This document shows, piece by piece, positions 1 to 9,137 of a stretch of 64,000 bases of DNA. Position 1 is the first letter of the stretch; every line of letters starts with the position of its first letter. Under the pieces are notes generated by a model. That model did not search any database. It was not told the origin of the DNA and saw nothing but the letters and a program-made list of their open reading frames with translations. Source of the stretch: a plasmid; the sequence record NZ_CP084508.1. One strand, given 5' to 3'. A program made the position numbers and the translations under genes.

Positions 1-396
1 CAAGGCTTCCATATGTCAGTGGCGACCGGAACCGGATTTATTGCCCTCGCAGGCGTTGCGGCTGAATTTGGTGTAGTGATGCTGATGTATCTGCGTCATG
101 CCATTGAGGCTCACCCGGAGTTGTCCAGCCAAGAAACGTTCACCGCTGAAGGACTTGATGAGGCGCTGTACCATGGTGCGGTACTTCGTGTAAGACCAAA
201 AGCCATGACGGTGGCCGTTATTATCGCGGGTCTGTTACCTATACTGTGGGGAACCGGCGCGGGTTCTGAGGTGATGAGCCGTATAGCAGCACCGATGATT
301 GGTGGCATGATCACCGCCCCTCTGTTGTCTCTGTTCATCCTCCCAGCGGCTTATAAGTTGCTCTGGCTGCATAGACATAAGTCACTCAACGCCTGA
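1..396 (+). CDS. cusA: RND heavy-metal efflux pump CusA, C-terminal part; gene begins upstream of the window
   Basis: Frame 1 is open from base 1. The 127-aa tail ([30 protein letters not shown]...[12 protein letters not shown]) is near-identical to the E. coli CusA C-terminus as I recall it. Confidence 0.8.
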   Translation, partial: QGFHMSVATGTGFIALAGVAAEFGVVMLMYLRHAIEAHPELSSQETFTAEGLDEALYHGAVLRVRPKAMTVAVIIAGLLPILWGTGAGSEVMSRIAAPMIGGMITAPLLSLFILPAAYKLLWLHRHKSLNA

Positions 397-403
397 ATCA
401 GAT

Positions 404-430
404 GGGGCGTCGAAGGACGGCGCCCCTGAT
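404..430 (+). terminator. Imperfect GC hairpin directly after the cusA stop; possible terminator
   Basis: ggggcgtcgaaggacggcgcccc forms a stem-loop 8 bp after the TGA; the T-run is weak. Confidence 0.35.
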
Positions 431-759
431 GTATTGTCCGTCCTGCCAGCTCTGGCACTGACGGGATCTTTAAGAGGAAAATATGAAAAAAAACTGTTAA
501 TGGCTGTTCTACTTACATCTCCTCTCCCGGCCTTTGCTGGCGACCAGGTGATTGATTTGTATAAATCGGTATACTACGTCTGCTGTTCTCTATGAGGTCA
601 GACGATGGAAAAGGAAGAATTTACTGTGAAAACGCATGTCGCGAGCAACTAGGTAGAGCGAACAAGTTGTTATATCGCTATGGCTGAGAAGCTGATTATT
701 GAAGGGCATGTTCCTGCGACGGTGATTCGCTAGACTTTGCAACCAGCCACGGAGCGACT

Positions 760-1165
760 ATCGATACCACAACAGCTGCTGGCAAGCTTATTTTGGGGAG
801 CTTTGCCGCGCTGGCCAAGTTTAGGCGTGAACTGATTGCCGAGCGAACAGTTGCAGGCCTAGCCTCAGCGAGATCTCACGGATGGAAAGGAAGCCACCCT
901 TTCACTAAGTTAGCGATCTGCATAAACAGGATATCCAGTTCAGGAGCCGCACCGACTCTTTTTCCATGTCATGACAAGCTTCGCAGAGATGGAACGAGAC
1001 CTGACCGTCGAACGAACCCGGGCTGGTCTAGAAGTTGCTAGACAGCTCGGCCGCAAAGGTGGCCACAAGCCAAAAATGACCAACAGTAAGAGCGAGTCAA
1101 CCAAGAACCTTGGCGTGTCCGTTCCTACGCTATGTCGCTGGATTCCAGCCTCTGAACTCGCTTAG
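760..1165 (+). pseudogene. Serine recombinase (resolvase/invertase) pseudogene: two frame-disrupted C-terminal fragments
   Basis: Two consecutive ORF fragments both carry the resolvase C-terminal motif FAExERxLxxERTxAGLxxAR..G.KGG (793..1041 and 971..1165). The second ends in an HTH (LGVSVPTLCRWI). Neither has the N-terminal catalytic domain. Confidence 0.6.
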
Positions 1166-1534
1166 CGTACGATTTTCCCGTTTCCCTAGGCCCCCCAATT
1201 AACTGAGGCGACAACCGCCTTGACACACACTGCCTTCTGCGAATCCCCATACACCACAAATAACCATAACTCTCTGAAACCGGGCAGAATCAACCCGTTT
1301 TTTTGACCACAAAATAAAACAATAACCTTATTATTCATAATGTGATTCTCATCTCACTTACACAAAACATACAATGTACTGATATATAAGGCTTATTTTA
1401 TAAGGGAGAAATTTATTCTCTGCCGCCTGCAGTTGCGGAATTTTTTTAGAAAATTTTTTTTGACTACCTGTGCCATTATCCGGTCATTACAATAACCATT
1501 AAATATTCATCGCATATTTTACAGGACACCAACT

Positions 1535-2680
1535 ATGAGTAAGAAAATTGCTACTGTGCTGATCCACGGTGGACAGCAGCAGGATAAAGTTAACCATGCT
1601 ATTTTTCCGGCGATCACAACCGCCAGTACTTTTGTACAAACCAGCCTGAGCGAACACGGTGAATACGTCTATTCCCGCGTCAGTAACCCGACCCGCCACA
1701 CCTATGAAACACTGCTTGCCGATATTGAGGAAGGCACTTACGCCACTGCAACCGCCTCCGGTGTGGCCGCCGCAGCACTGGTGCTGAATATCTTCCCGCA
1801 GGGCTCTCATATTATTGCGATGAAAGGTGTGTACGGTGGTACTTTCCGCCTGTTTGAACGCGTGGCAAAAGAAAACTGCGGCCATGAGTTTGATTATGTT
1901 GATCTTAATGATTTAGCGGCAGTACGCAACAAAATCAAAAATAATACCCGTCTGATCTGGATAGAAAGCCCGACCAACCCGTTACTTGAACTGGTTGATA
2001 TCGAAGCCATCTGCGGCCTGGCCAAAGAACACAATATCGTGACTTGTATTGATAATACCTTTGCGACACCGTGGAACCAGAAGCCACTGACCATGGGGGC
2101 GGATCTGATTATGGTTTCCTCCAGTAAATATATCGGCGGTCACTCTGATTTAATCGGCGGTGCAGTCATCACCAACCGTAACGACCTCGCAGAAAAACTG
2201 AATTTTCTGAAAACCACCACCGGCGCTATTGCCTCACCGTTTGATGCCTATCTAGCCCTGCGCGGCCTGAAAACCCTAGTACTGCGTATGGCGGCACAGT
2301 GCAGCAATGCACTGGCGGTGGCGGAATTCCTGTCCGGTCACGACAAAATTGAGAAGGTGTTTTACCCGGGCCTGAAAGATCACCCGCAGTATGCATTATG
2401 CAAAAAACAGATGCGCACCGGCGGTGCCGTAGTCACTATTCAGCTGAAAGGTGGCCTCGCAGAGGCCGAAGCCTTTGTGAAAAAGCTTCGCTATTTTGTG
2501 CTCGCCGAATCGCTGGGCGGCGTGGAAAGCATGGTGAATCACTCCGCGACTATGTCCCACGGCTCCATGACCCACGAAGAGCGCGAATCCATCGGTGTTT
2601 TTGACAGCACACTGCGTTTGTCTGTCGGCATCGAAGATATCGGCGATTTACTGGCTGACTTACAGCAGGCTTTGACCTGA
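1535..2680 (+). CDS. PLP-dependent Cys/Met-metabolism enzyme (methionine gamma-lyase / cystathionine gamma-synthase / beta-lyase family)
   Basis: 381 aa with the family hallmarks: N-terminal IHGG, the PLP-lysine motif SSSKYIGGHSD, and the ESLGGVES...HS segment. RBS-like caggacaccaact precedes the ATG at 1535. Confidence 0.8.
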   Translation: MSKKIATVLIHGGQQQDKVNHAIFPAITTASTFVQTSLSEHGEYVYSRVSNPTRHTYETLLADIEEGTYATATASGVAAAALVLNIFPQGSHIIAMKGVYGGTFRLFERVAKENCGHEFDYVDLNDLAAVRNKIKNNTRLIWIESPTNPLLELVDIEAICGLAKEHNIVTCIDNTFATPWNQKPLTMGADLIMVSSSKYIGGHSDLIGGAVITNRNDLAEKLNFLKTTTGAIASPFDAYLALRGLKTLVLRMAAQCSNALAVAEFLSGHDKIEKVFYPGLKDHPQYALCKKQMRTGGAVVTIQLKGGLAEAEAFVKKLRYFVLAESLGGVESMVNHSATMSHGSMTHEERESIGVFDSTLRLSVGIEDIGDLLADLQQALT

Positions 2681-2717
2681 CACAGCATCACTACCACAAT
2701 AATAAAAGAGAAAGCGT

Positions 2718-4163
2718 ATGCAGGGCTATGGTATCTGGACGGTCATTACCCCGGTCGTCACAATTATTCTGGCCATCTGTACCCGTCAGGTGATTTTATC
2801 ACTGCTGATCGGGATACTTGTTGGCTTTACTGTTATTCATGATCACAATCTATTACTGGGGATCCGCGCGACCCTCGAGGGGATTATTGATGTCTTTAAA
2901 TCATCAGGCAACGCCAATACCATCATCTTTATGCTGATGATTGGCGGGATCATACGGCTGGTCGTGGTGACCGGCGGTGTGCGGGCGCTTGTCTGCCTGC
3001 TGACCCACAAAACACAGATTATCAAAGACCGCAGAGGGGTACAGTTGCTGGCGGTGATTATCACCTCACTGACTTTTATCGAAAGTTCGATTAACCAGCT
3101 GGTTTCCGGTGCATCCACCAAAGCACTGGCGAAAAAATACGGCGTATCGCCGGAAAAAATGTCTTACCTCATCCAGACTGCCTGTGTGTCTGTTTGTTCT
3201 TCCGCCATGATCAATGGCTGGGGTGCAGCAATGATGGGGGTTATCGGTGTGCAGATCTCTCAGGGGCTGATCACTGGCGAACCGTTTGATATCCTGGCAC
3301 ATTCCATGATTTACAACATAATGGCCTGGTTCTCACTCGCCAGCATTTTGTTCTATATCTTCAGTAATGTCTCCTGGGGAGCGATGCGCAAAGCAGAAAT
3401 GCGTGCGCAGGCGCTTATCAGCTCAGTGGATGTTATCGCCAGCACCCCGGAAGAGACTCATGAAGAGCCGGAAGATGATAAAGACATTATCGATCATCCA
3501 AACTGCCATACTTCACTGAACTTCTTTATTCCGATCCTCTCTACCATTCTAATGGTGCCGGTGGCACTGTATATCACCGGAGACGGCGAGTTCAGTAAAG
3601 GCAGTGGTTCCACCTCGGTTTACTGGGGCGTGATGTTCGGTACGGCGGTGTCATTTGTCTGGTTCCTTGCGCGCCGTGTGATGAGTGTGGATACCTTCTT
3701 TAAAGAGCTTTATATCGGCTATGCCAATATGATTAAAATCAGTTCGGTTATGATCCTCGCCTTCCTGATGGGCTCAGTGTCTTCTGACCTCAACACCGGT
3801 GCCTACATTGCCCAGGTGACATCCGGCGTTATCGCACCAGGCTTCTCTGTCGGCTTTATCTTCCTGATCAGTGCCATTATGTCACTGGCAACAGGTACCT
3901 CCTGGGGCACATTCGCCATAATGATCCCAATTGGTGTGCAGCTGGGTCTGTCTGTCGGTATGCCGCCGGAATATATGATTGGTGCCGCTATCTCCGGGTC
4001 TATCTTTGGAGATATGACTTCCCCTATCTCCAGTGATGCCATTGTAGCATCGATGGCGACAGACTGTGACCATATTGAGCATATCCGTACCCAGATGCCG
4101 TATGCGGTATTAACCGCGAGTCTTGTGCTGGCCGTCTATCTCTGGTTAGGATTCACCTACTGA
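2718..4163 (+). CDS. Polytopic membrane transporter, NhaC Na+/H+ antiporter-like superfamily; probably a substrate permease for the adjacent lyase
   Basis: 481 aa with ~11-12 hydrophobic segments and a central hydrophilic acidic loop (TPEETHEEPEDDKD). Start is 38 bp after the lyase stop, suggesting an operon. Family assignment is from general resemblance only. Confidence 0.45.
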   Translation: MQGYGIWTVITPVVTIILAICTRQVILSLLIGILVGFTVIHDHNLLLGIRATLEGIIDVFKSSGNANTIIFMLMIGGIIRLVVVTGGVRALVCLLTHKTQIIKDRRGVQLLAVIITSLTFIESSINQLVSGASTKALAKKYGVSPEKMSYLIQTACVSVCSSAMINGWGAAMMGVIGVQISQGLITGEPFDILAHSMIYNIMAWFSLASILFYIFSNVSWGAMRKAEMRAQALISSVDVIASTPEETHEEPEDDKDIIDHPNCHTSLNFFIPILSTILMVPVALYITGDGEFSKGSGSTSVYWGVMFGTAVSFVWFLARRVMSVDTFFKELYIGYANMIKISSVMILAFLMGSVSSDLNTGAYIAQVTSGVIAPGFSVGFIFLISAIMSLATGTSWGTFAIMIPIGVQLGLSVGMPPEYMIGAAISGSIFGDMTSPISSDAIVASMATDCDHIEHIRTQMPYAVLTASLVLAVYLWLGFTY

Positions 4164-4471
4164 ATATGACTGCGAACTCAATAAAGATATGATATATCTT
4201 CTTCTATAATAAGCTTACGCTGGACATATTATCCATGAATGGTAATGGTTTTGTCGATGGGGAATATCTCACAAAAGTAACGCTGAACCACAAAATCGAA
4301 ATCATTTTCCTCGTTCTTTAGTGAAAAACGAAAGAAGGCGTGTTTGGCTTTGAAATACCCCGTCAGTAGGAGGCAATAAATTTGTACTTGTATTCCGGTA
4401 GCGTGTTTTGTCTGTGAACTAAGGCTGCCAGAACCGGGTTCACGACTGATGCATAATACACTTTTTCCGCT

Positions 4472-4640
4472 TCAGCCACTGGGGGGGGAGATATGACCGA
4501 GCCGCGCCATCAACCTGCGATTGTTGTACCAGTCCACCCAGGGCCAGCTTTACTTCCTGCCGGGTTTCCCAACTTTTTCGATGTATCACCTTCGCCTTGT
4601 ACAGGCTGTTGATGCTTTCCGGACCAACAGGAACATTTGC
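4472..4640 (-). pseudogene. IS3-family transposase (OrfB/integrase-core) 3'-terminal remnant, frameshifted
   Basis: Minus-strand translation gives ...ESINSLYKAKVIHRKSWETRQEVKLAL then, in another frame, DWYNNRRL..LGHISPPSG*, which is the conserved IS3 rve C-terminal DWYNxxRxHSxLGYxSP motif. A G8 homopolymer lies at 4481-4488. There is no N-terminal part. Confidence 0.5.
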
Positions 4641-4987
4641 GCAGAATCTTAAGGTTTGGAGAGCAACCCGGCAACCAGCTTAACGTGCTTTACTTTCTGT
4701 TTTCTGAGACAACCCGAGACAGACCACGGATCTGTTGACCCCGGTCGCGCTGTGAACACAGGCTTGCGCAGCCACATCACGCCAAGCCTCTGCTGCTGCG
4801 CAGAAATAGCCCTCTCGCTCGAGAATAACAGCGCGTCGTGCACGTTGCTGATGGGGAGATAAGGGGGTATACCGAGTATACACGATGAGGACCTCCTTGC
4901 GTCTTACTGTGTTTTTTCTGAGTTAGCCGGTCCCTCTCCCCAACAGTAAAGCAAGGGAGAGGAAAAATACCTCGGCGGCATATTATA

Positions 4988-5911
4988 TTAATGTCGAACC
5001 TGCTCGAGCTCAGCGGCTGTTAAACCGGTCACCTGCATAATCGTAGCGTGATCTATACCGATAGCCAGCATGTTGCGCGCCATTTCGCGCTGAGCCTCTT
5101 GGCGGCCTTCCTGACGGCCTTCCTGACGGCCTTTGTGAATGCCTTTCTGCATGCCTTTCTGTTCAAGTTGTTCAGCGATGGTCATCAGCGTGTCTCCATG
5201 TTGCGGCACTTGCGATGCCAGGGTGGTTAGCAGGGCCTCCGGGTTTTGTGTCTCCCCGACCTGGAACATGTAGTTCATCAGGGTGCGCACCTGCTTTTCG
5301 GTAGTGTAGCCTGCCAACAGTAATGTGACCACCTGGTTTAGCAACTCAGCCAGGTCACGCTGCCGGATATGCTTCTGCAGCAGCTCCAGCAAGGCGATGC
5401 GCTTGTGCTGCATGATCTCGTCATCCGGGATGACGGTGATATCCACCAACGGGAAATCACCGCAGTATAGCTGCCTGGCCAACGCCGGGTTGGCAAACTC
5501 CTGTAACCAGGACAGGCTGTAGGGATACGGTGACGTCTGCCCTTGGTAGAACAGGATGGGTATCACCAGAGGCAATGTGTCGTGGCCGGCATCGAGGTGT
5601 TGTTGCATGGCAGCAATCGCATAACGCATCAAGCGAAATGCCATGTGCTTGTCCGGTCGGGATTGATGCTCGATCAATGTATAGATAAAACCGTCCCCAC
5701 CCTGGGTCTTCAGGGTGTACAACACATCACTGTAATACGGGCGCAAGCTCTCTTCGACAAACGAACCGGGAGCCAGTTGCAGCGTATCGAGGTCACAGAT
5801 TTCCCGCAGTGCCGGCGGCAGATGAATAGACAGAAAATCCCGGGCGGTCTCGGGGTGAGTGAGGAACGCCTTGAATACGCTGTCGTGAGGAGTCGCTGGA
5901 TGTTTTTTCAT
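4988..5911 (-). CDS. Rpn-family recombination-promoting nuclease / putative transposase (YhgA-like, PD-(D/E)XK)
   Basis: 307 aa. The N-terminal HDSVFKAFL...DFLSIHLP and YSDVLYTLKTQGG.GFIYTLIEHQSRPDKHMAFRLMRY segments match Rpn/YhgA proteins. The tail contains a Q[KE]G[MIR] tetrapeptide repeat. Confidence 0.7.
   Translation of the reverse strand: MKKHPATPHDSVFKAFLTHPETARDFLSIHLPPALREICDLDTLQLAPGSFVEESLRPYYSDVLYTLKTQGGDGFIYTLIEHQSRPDKHMAFRLMRYAIAAMQQHLDAGHDTLPLVIPILFYQGQTSPYPYSLSWLQEFANPALARQLYCGDFPLVDITVIPDDEIMQHKRIALLELLQKHIRQRDLAELLNQVVTLLLAGYTTEKQVRTLMNYMFQVGETQNPEALLTTLASQVPQHGDTLMTIAEQLEQKGMQKGIHKGRQEGRQEGRQEAQREMARNMLAIGIDHATIMQVTGLTAAELEQVRH
5092..5163. repeat. 12-bp tandem repeat (ggccttcctgac x2 plus three degenerate units) inside the Rpn gene 3' end
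   Basis: Directly visible: ggccttcctgac ggccttcctgac ggcctttgtgaa tgcctttctgca tgcctttctg. It encodes QKGM-QKGI-HKGR-QEGR-QEGR-QEAQ. Confidence 0.9.
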
Positions 5912-6059
5912 TCAGGTATATTAACATTTTACCCTGCCTGCAGATAGCGGGCGGCCATATTATCAAACCCAAAAATCACAACGACCCGGACGAGCGAGCC
6001 ATCCTTTGGAGGGGGTAGCTCAGACCGCTACGACCTCTATCCGACTTAGAGTACGATTT

Positions 6060-6141
6060 TCTCCATTTTCCAAGCGGCCCCCAATACTCGATCATTGTTC
6101 GAACGATACCCTTCTATCTCACCATGTTGTGAATCCTATTT
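6060..6141 (-). pseudogene. Short stub of the colicin rRNase-domain 3' end (third, most degraded repeat unit)
   Basis: gaacgatacccttctatctcaccatg... aligns to 6735-6773 and to the colicin 3' end at 7352-7390. Homology stops below ~6088. Confidence 0.45.
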
Positions 6142-6324
6142 CTACTGGCACTTGATACCGGCCATATCAGAAGAGGATGATGGGGCTACCGTTCCTCCTT
6201 GAATATCATGAATATAGTTTGCCTGACAGGCTGAAAGAAGAAAACCTAACGTTGCAAATAATATAAAAAAATAAATTTCTTTTTTCTCATAAATTTCCTT
6301 ATTGATATAGCTACCAGCATTCAT
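6142..6324 (-). CDS. Bacteriocin release (lysis) lipoprotein, copy 2
   Basis: 60 aa with a signal peptide and lipobox LLSAC, then QANYIHDIQGGTVAPSSSS, the conserved core of colicin E-type lysis proteins. It is a paralog of 6774..6956. Confidence 0.75.
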   Translation of the reverse strand: MNAGSYINKEIYEKKEIYFFILFATLGFLLSACQANYIHDIQGGTVAPSSSSDMAGIKCQ

Positions 6325-6371
6325 CCTTGATTACTGGTAGCTTGCTCATCAATTATTAATTGCTAATGGGA

Positions 6372-6629
6372 TCACCAATTTCCATCCCGATAATCAAAAG
6401 CTATATAATAATTATCCAAATCAGGCTTTATTTGATTTTTAAAAAATGGCTGTAGTAAAGCAACCCATTCTTTCTTCAAATCAAACTCACCATTATTAAT
6501 ATTATCCTTTAAAGGCATCCCCAGACTTTCAATGACAGCCCCATCATCACCAAAATCTTTAGAATACTCCTCACCTTTAAAATCGCTTGTCTTCTTATCA
6601 AACCATGTCAAACGTAATTTAAGACCCAT
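6372..6629 (-). CDS. rRNase-colicin immunity protein (ImmE3 family), second (orphan) copy
   Basis: 85 aa [29 protein letters not shown]...FDYRDGNW, the same length and conserved blocks as the colicin E3 immunity protein. It diverges from copy 1 in the central specificity region. Confidence 0.8.
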   Translation of the reverse strand: MGLKLRLTWFDKKTSDFKGEEYSKDFGDDGAVIESLGMPLKDNINNGEFDLKKEWVALLQPFFKNQIKPDLDNYYIAFDYRDGNW

Positions 6630-6773
6630 ATTTACCTCTCAAAGATATTTTTTAATATTACGTTTAGGATCGGGAGACTTTAACTGCTTACCAGTCTTAT
6701 GGTCAAAAGAGCCTAAATGCTCACCATCGCTCGAACGATACCCTTCCATCTCACCATGCTGTGAATTCTATTT
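6630..6773 (-). pseudogene. Colicin 3'-end stub (last ~40 codons of the rRNase domain) fused upstream of the orphan immunity gene
   Basis: 6630-6745 aligns base-for-base, with a few mismatches, to 7262-7390, the colicin C-terminus plus the col-imm spacer. Homology breaks at caccatg and runs into the lysis-gene stop. Confidence 0.6.
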
Positions 6774-6956
6774 CTACTGGGACTTAATACCGGTAACAAC
6801 AGAAGAGGATGATGGGGCTACTGTTCCTCCTTGAATATCATGAATATAGTTTGCCTGACAAGCTGCAAGAAGAAATCCCAACATTATAAAAGATATAAAA
6901 AAACAACTTTCTTTTTCCTCATAAATCTCCTTATTAGTATAGCTACCAGCATTCAT
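6774..6956 (-). CDS. Bacteriocin release (lysis) lipoprotein, copy 1
   Basis: 60 aa MNAGSYTNKEIYEEKESCFFISFIMLGFLLAAC-QANYIHDIQGGTVAPSSSSVVTGIKSQ: lipobox plus the conserved colicin-lysis core. Confidence 0.8.
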   Translation of the reverse strand: MNAGSYTNKEIYEEKESCFFISFIMLGFLLAACQANYIHDIQGGTVAPSSSSVVTGIKSQ

Positions 6957-7003
6957 CCTTGATTACTGGTAGTTTGTTTATCAATTATTAATTACTAATA
7001 AGA

Positions 7004-7261
7004 TCACCAAACTCCATCTCGATATACAAAAGAGATAAAATAGTCAAATTGGTTAATATCAATTACATTTTTAAAATGTGGCTGCAATATTGAAACCCAT
7101 GACTGCTCAACATTAAACCATCCATTATTTATATTATCTTCCAAAGGGAGACCTAAACTCTCAATGATAGAACCATCATCACCAAAATCCTTTGAATACT
7201 CTCCCCCTTTAAACTCTTCTGTTTTTTTATCAAACCAATGAATATGTAATTTTAGTCCCAT
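7004..7261 (-). CDS. Cognate immunity protein of the rRNase bacteriocin (ImmE3/ImmE6 family)
   Basis: 85 aa [31 protein letters not shown]...YRDGVW. It starts 10 bp after the colicin stop, the classic col-imm arrangement. Confidence 0.85.
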   Translation of the reverse strand: MGLKLHIHWFDKKTEEFKGGEYSKDFGDDGSIIESLGLPLEDNINNGWFNVEQSWVSILQPHFKNVIDINQFDYFISFVYRDGVW

Positions 7262-7270
7262 AATTTCCTC

Positions 7271-9064
7271 TCAAAGATATTTTTTAATATTGCGTTTAGG
7301 ATCAGGAGATTTTAACTGTTTCCCTGTCTTATGATCAAAGGAGCCTAAGTGTTCACCATCACTGGCACGATATCCTTCTAACTCACCATGCCGAGAGTCC
7401 CATTCATAGATTTTACGCCCTTTATCGCCATACCACCTAGCTCGCTTCCCTCCTCCGTTTTGTTTTGGTGTTTTAGGTTTGCCCTCTTGCAATTCGCCTA
7501 ATCCATGAATATCTTTTGTTTCTGGATCAGGGTAATAATCATGACCATAATCCTTAAGCCCTTTTCGAGGTTTTTTCTTCTCCTCATTAACTTTATTTTC
7601 CGCAGCTTTTTTCTTCCCTTCCTTTTCTCTGCGATTCTCTAATGCATGAGATAACGCTTGCTCCGCTAATGTCAATTTATCCTTGGCAACAATTAACCTA
7701 TTTCGGATTTTTCCGTACTCGATTAATTGCCCTTCAAGAGCTTGTCGAGATGCCTCTCGTGAATCTTTATCAGGGTTACCTTCATTAAAATCCCACCCAA
7801 ATGCTTGCGCCCCTTGTGAGATCAGTTTATCACGATCTTGTATCGTATTAATCTGTCCAACAGTACGAATTGTGCCACTATAATACGATGTTTTAAAAGG
7901 AATTGTTCCTTCTGAAACAATGGGGTATTTTGATGGATCATTCCATGACTTTACATCAGGTTCATTTCTGACCCGCTCCAGTTCACGCTGTTGGCTAGTA
8001 ACATTCTCCCTTGCCCGACGAAGCTCATCATTTGCAATAGCCAGGTCATGCTTTGCGGCCTCAAGAGGATAAGATGCATTCCACATCTGTTGACGACGTC
8101 GATCTTCCGCCTCACGCAGTTTTACTTGTTCAGGTGTTAGCACATCTGATACGGAAACATAAATCGGTTTAACATTACTATTATCGGGAAAGCGGATCAC
8201 TGCATCATGGGTGTTCCCTCCCGCACTAAACCCCACAGCTTTTTCATCACCCCGTTCAGTAGGAATGCCTTTAGGCTGGCTAACGGATACAGGCGTATTA
8301 TTCTTAATACTCAGATGGATATCCGGCTTACCAGGTACAATACTGGCTATAAAAACACCAGGACGGGAGGTTGGCTTAGCTTCAACCACAGGGACACTCA
8401 TTGGTACACCAGCTACCACTGCCAGCTTTTGCTTTTCATCCTGAATGATATCCGCCACCCGATTTTTTACCCGAACAGTAGCCGGCTGTAGAGGTAATGA
8501 GGGTGCCAGTGGTGCATCTAACACTTTATCTGCCGGAAGAGATGTCATAATTTGAGACATCATATTAGGATCATCTTTTGCGATTTCAGAGGGGATTAAC
8601 ACACCAAAAGTTACCCCCATTAATCGCCCAGCATAAGGCAGACCTGCAACTAAACCCTGCTCCAGCTTTGCCATTGCGTCCAATAAAGCTTTCTGAATTG
8701 GTGCAGTACGAAACAGAGAAAATCCCCACATACCATCAATAAGAGAAATATTCATCGGCACGCCATAAGCGACATTGGCTTGAGCCTCAGGGAATAATGA
8801 CAGATTAACGCCAGAGCTAGCGTGATCTTTATCACCACCATTTCCACCCCGACTCCATCCGGCATCGGGACGTTCCCGTCCACCATAATGAGTAATAGAG
8901 CCTCGATGATCTGTTGTCGTTGAGGTACCATCACCATTATCACGAGTATGCCCGCCTAAATTCTTCCCATCGTACCCACCAGTGGACCCTCTATCTCCAC
9001 CACCAGGGTTTCGGCCTCCACCAAAAGCATTACCGTGAGCATTATTGCCCCCATTTCCACTCAT
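7271..9064 (-). CDS. Colicin E3 / cloacin DF13-type bacteriocin with a C-terminal 16S rRNA-specific RNase domain
   Basis: The Gly-rich N-terminus (MSGNGGNNAHGNAFGGGRNPGGG...) and central IAKDDPNMMSQIMTSLPAD...VPMSVPVVEAKPTSRPGVF match colicin E3. The C-terminus KPRKGLKDYGHDYYP...KTPKQNGGGKRARWYGDKGRKIYEWDSRHGELEGYRASDGEHLGSFD...KRNIKKYL is almost identical to the colicin E3 rRNase domain. Likely start is the ATG at 9062-9064, with a GGAG RBS. Confidence 0.85.
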   Translation of the reverse strand: MSGNGGNNAHGNAFGGGRNPGGGDRGSTGGYDGKNLGGHTRDNGDGTSTTTDHRGSITHYGGRERPDAGWSRGGNGGDKDHASSGVNLSLFPEAQANVAYGVPMNISLIDGMWGFSLFRTAPIQKALLDAMAKLEQGLVAGLPYAGRLMGVTFGVLIPSEIAKDDPNMMSQIMTSLPADKVLDAPLAPSLPLQPATVRVKNRVADIIQDEKQKLAVVAGVPMSVPVVEAKPTSRPGVFIASIVPGKPDIHLSIKNNTPVSVSQPKGIPTERGDEKAVGFSAGGNTHDAVIRFPDNSNVKPIYVSVSDVLTPEQVKLREAEDRRRQQMWNASYPLEAAKHDLAIANDELRRARENVTSQQRELERVRNEPDVKSWNDPSKYPIVSEGTIPFKTSYYSGTIRTVGQINTIQDRDKLISQGAQAFGWDFNEGNPDKDSREASRQALEGQLIEYGKIRNRLIVAKDKLTLAEQALSHALENRREKEGKKKAAENKVNEEKKKPRKGLKDYGHDYYPDPETKDIHGLGELQEGKPKTPKQNGGGKRARWYGDKGRKIYEWDSRHGELEGYRASDGEHLGSFDHKTGKQLKSPDPKRNIKKYL

Positions 9065-9099
9065 AACGATTCCTCTTTGACATATAAAAACCAAAAATC

Positions 9100-9137
9100 A
9101 ATACTGTACATAAACACATGTGTTTATGTACAGTATT
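9100..9137. promoter_or_regulatory. Perfect 38-bp palindrome carrying overlapping LexA (SOS) boxes; SOS-regulated bacteriocin promoter
   Basis: aatactgtacataaacacatgtgtttatgtacagtatt contains CTGT-N8/N9-ACAG half-site arrangements. It sits ~35 bp upstream of the colicin start, as in colicin operons with a dual LexA operator. Confidence 0.55.

Noticed and set aside
5996-6060. tRNA-like start (gggggtagctcag...) downstream of the second lysis gene
   Set aside because: Only the first ~13 nt resemble a tRNA acceptor/D-arm. No anticodon or T-arm, no CCA-proximal stem and no cloverleaf can be drawn, so it is most likely coincidence or a tiny fragment.
8207-8491. Plus-strand ORFs inside the colicin gene
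   Set aside because: They are antisense to a gene with near-complete protein-level identity to colicin E3 segments.
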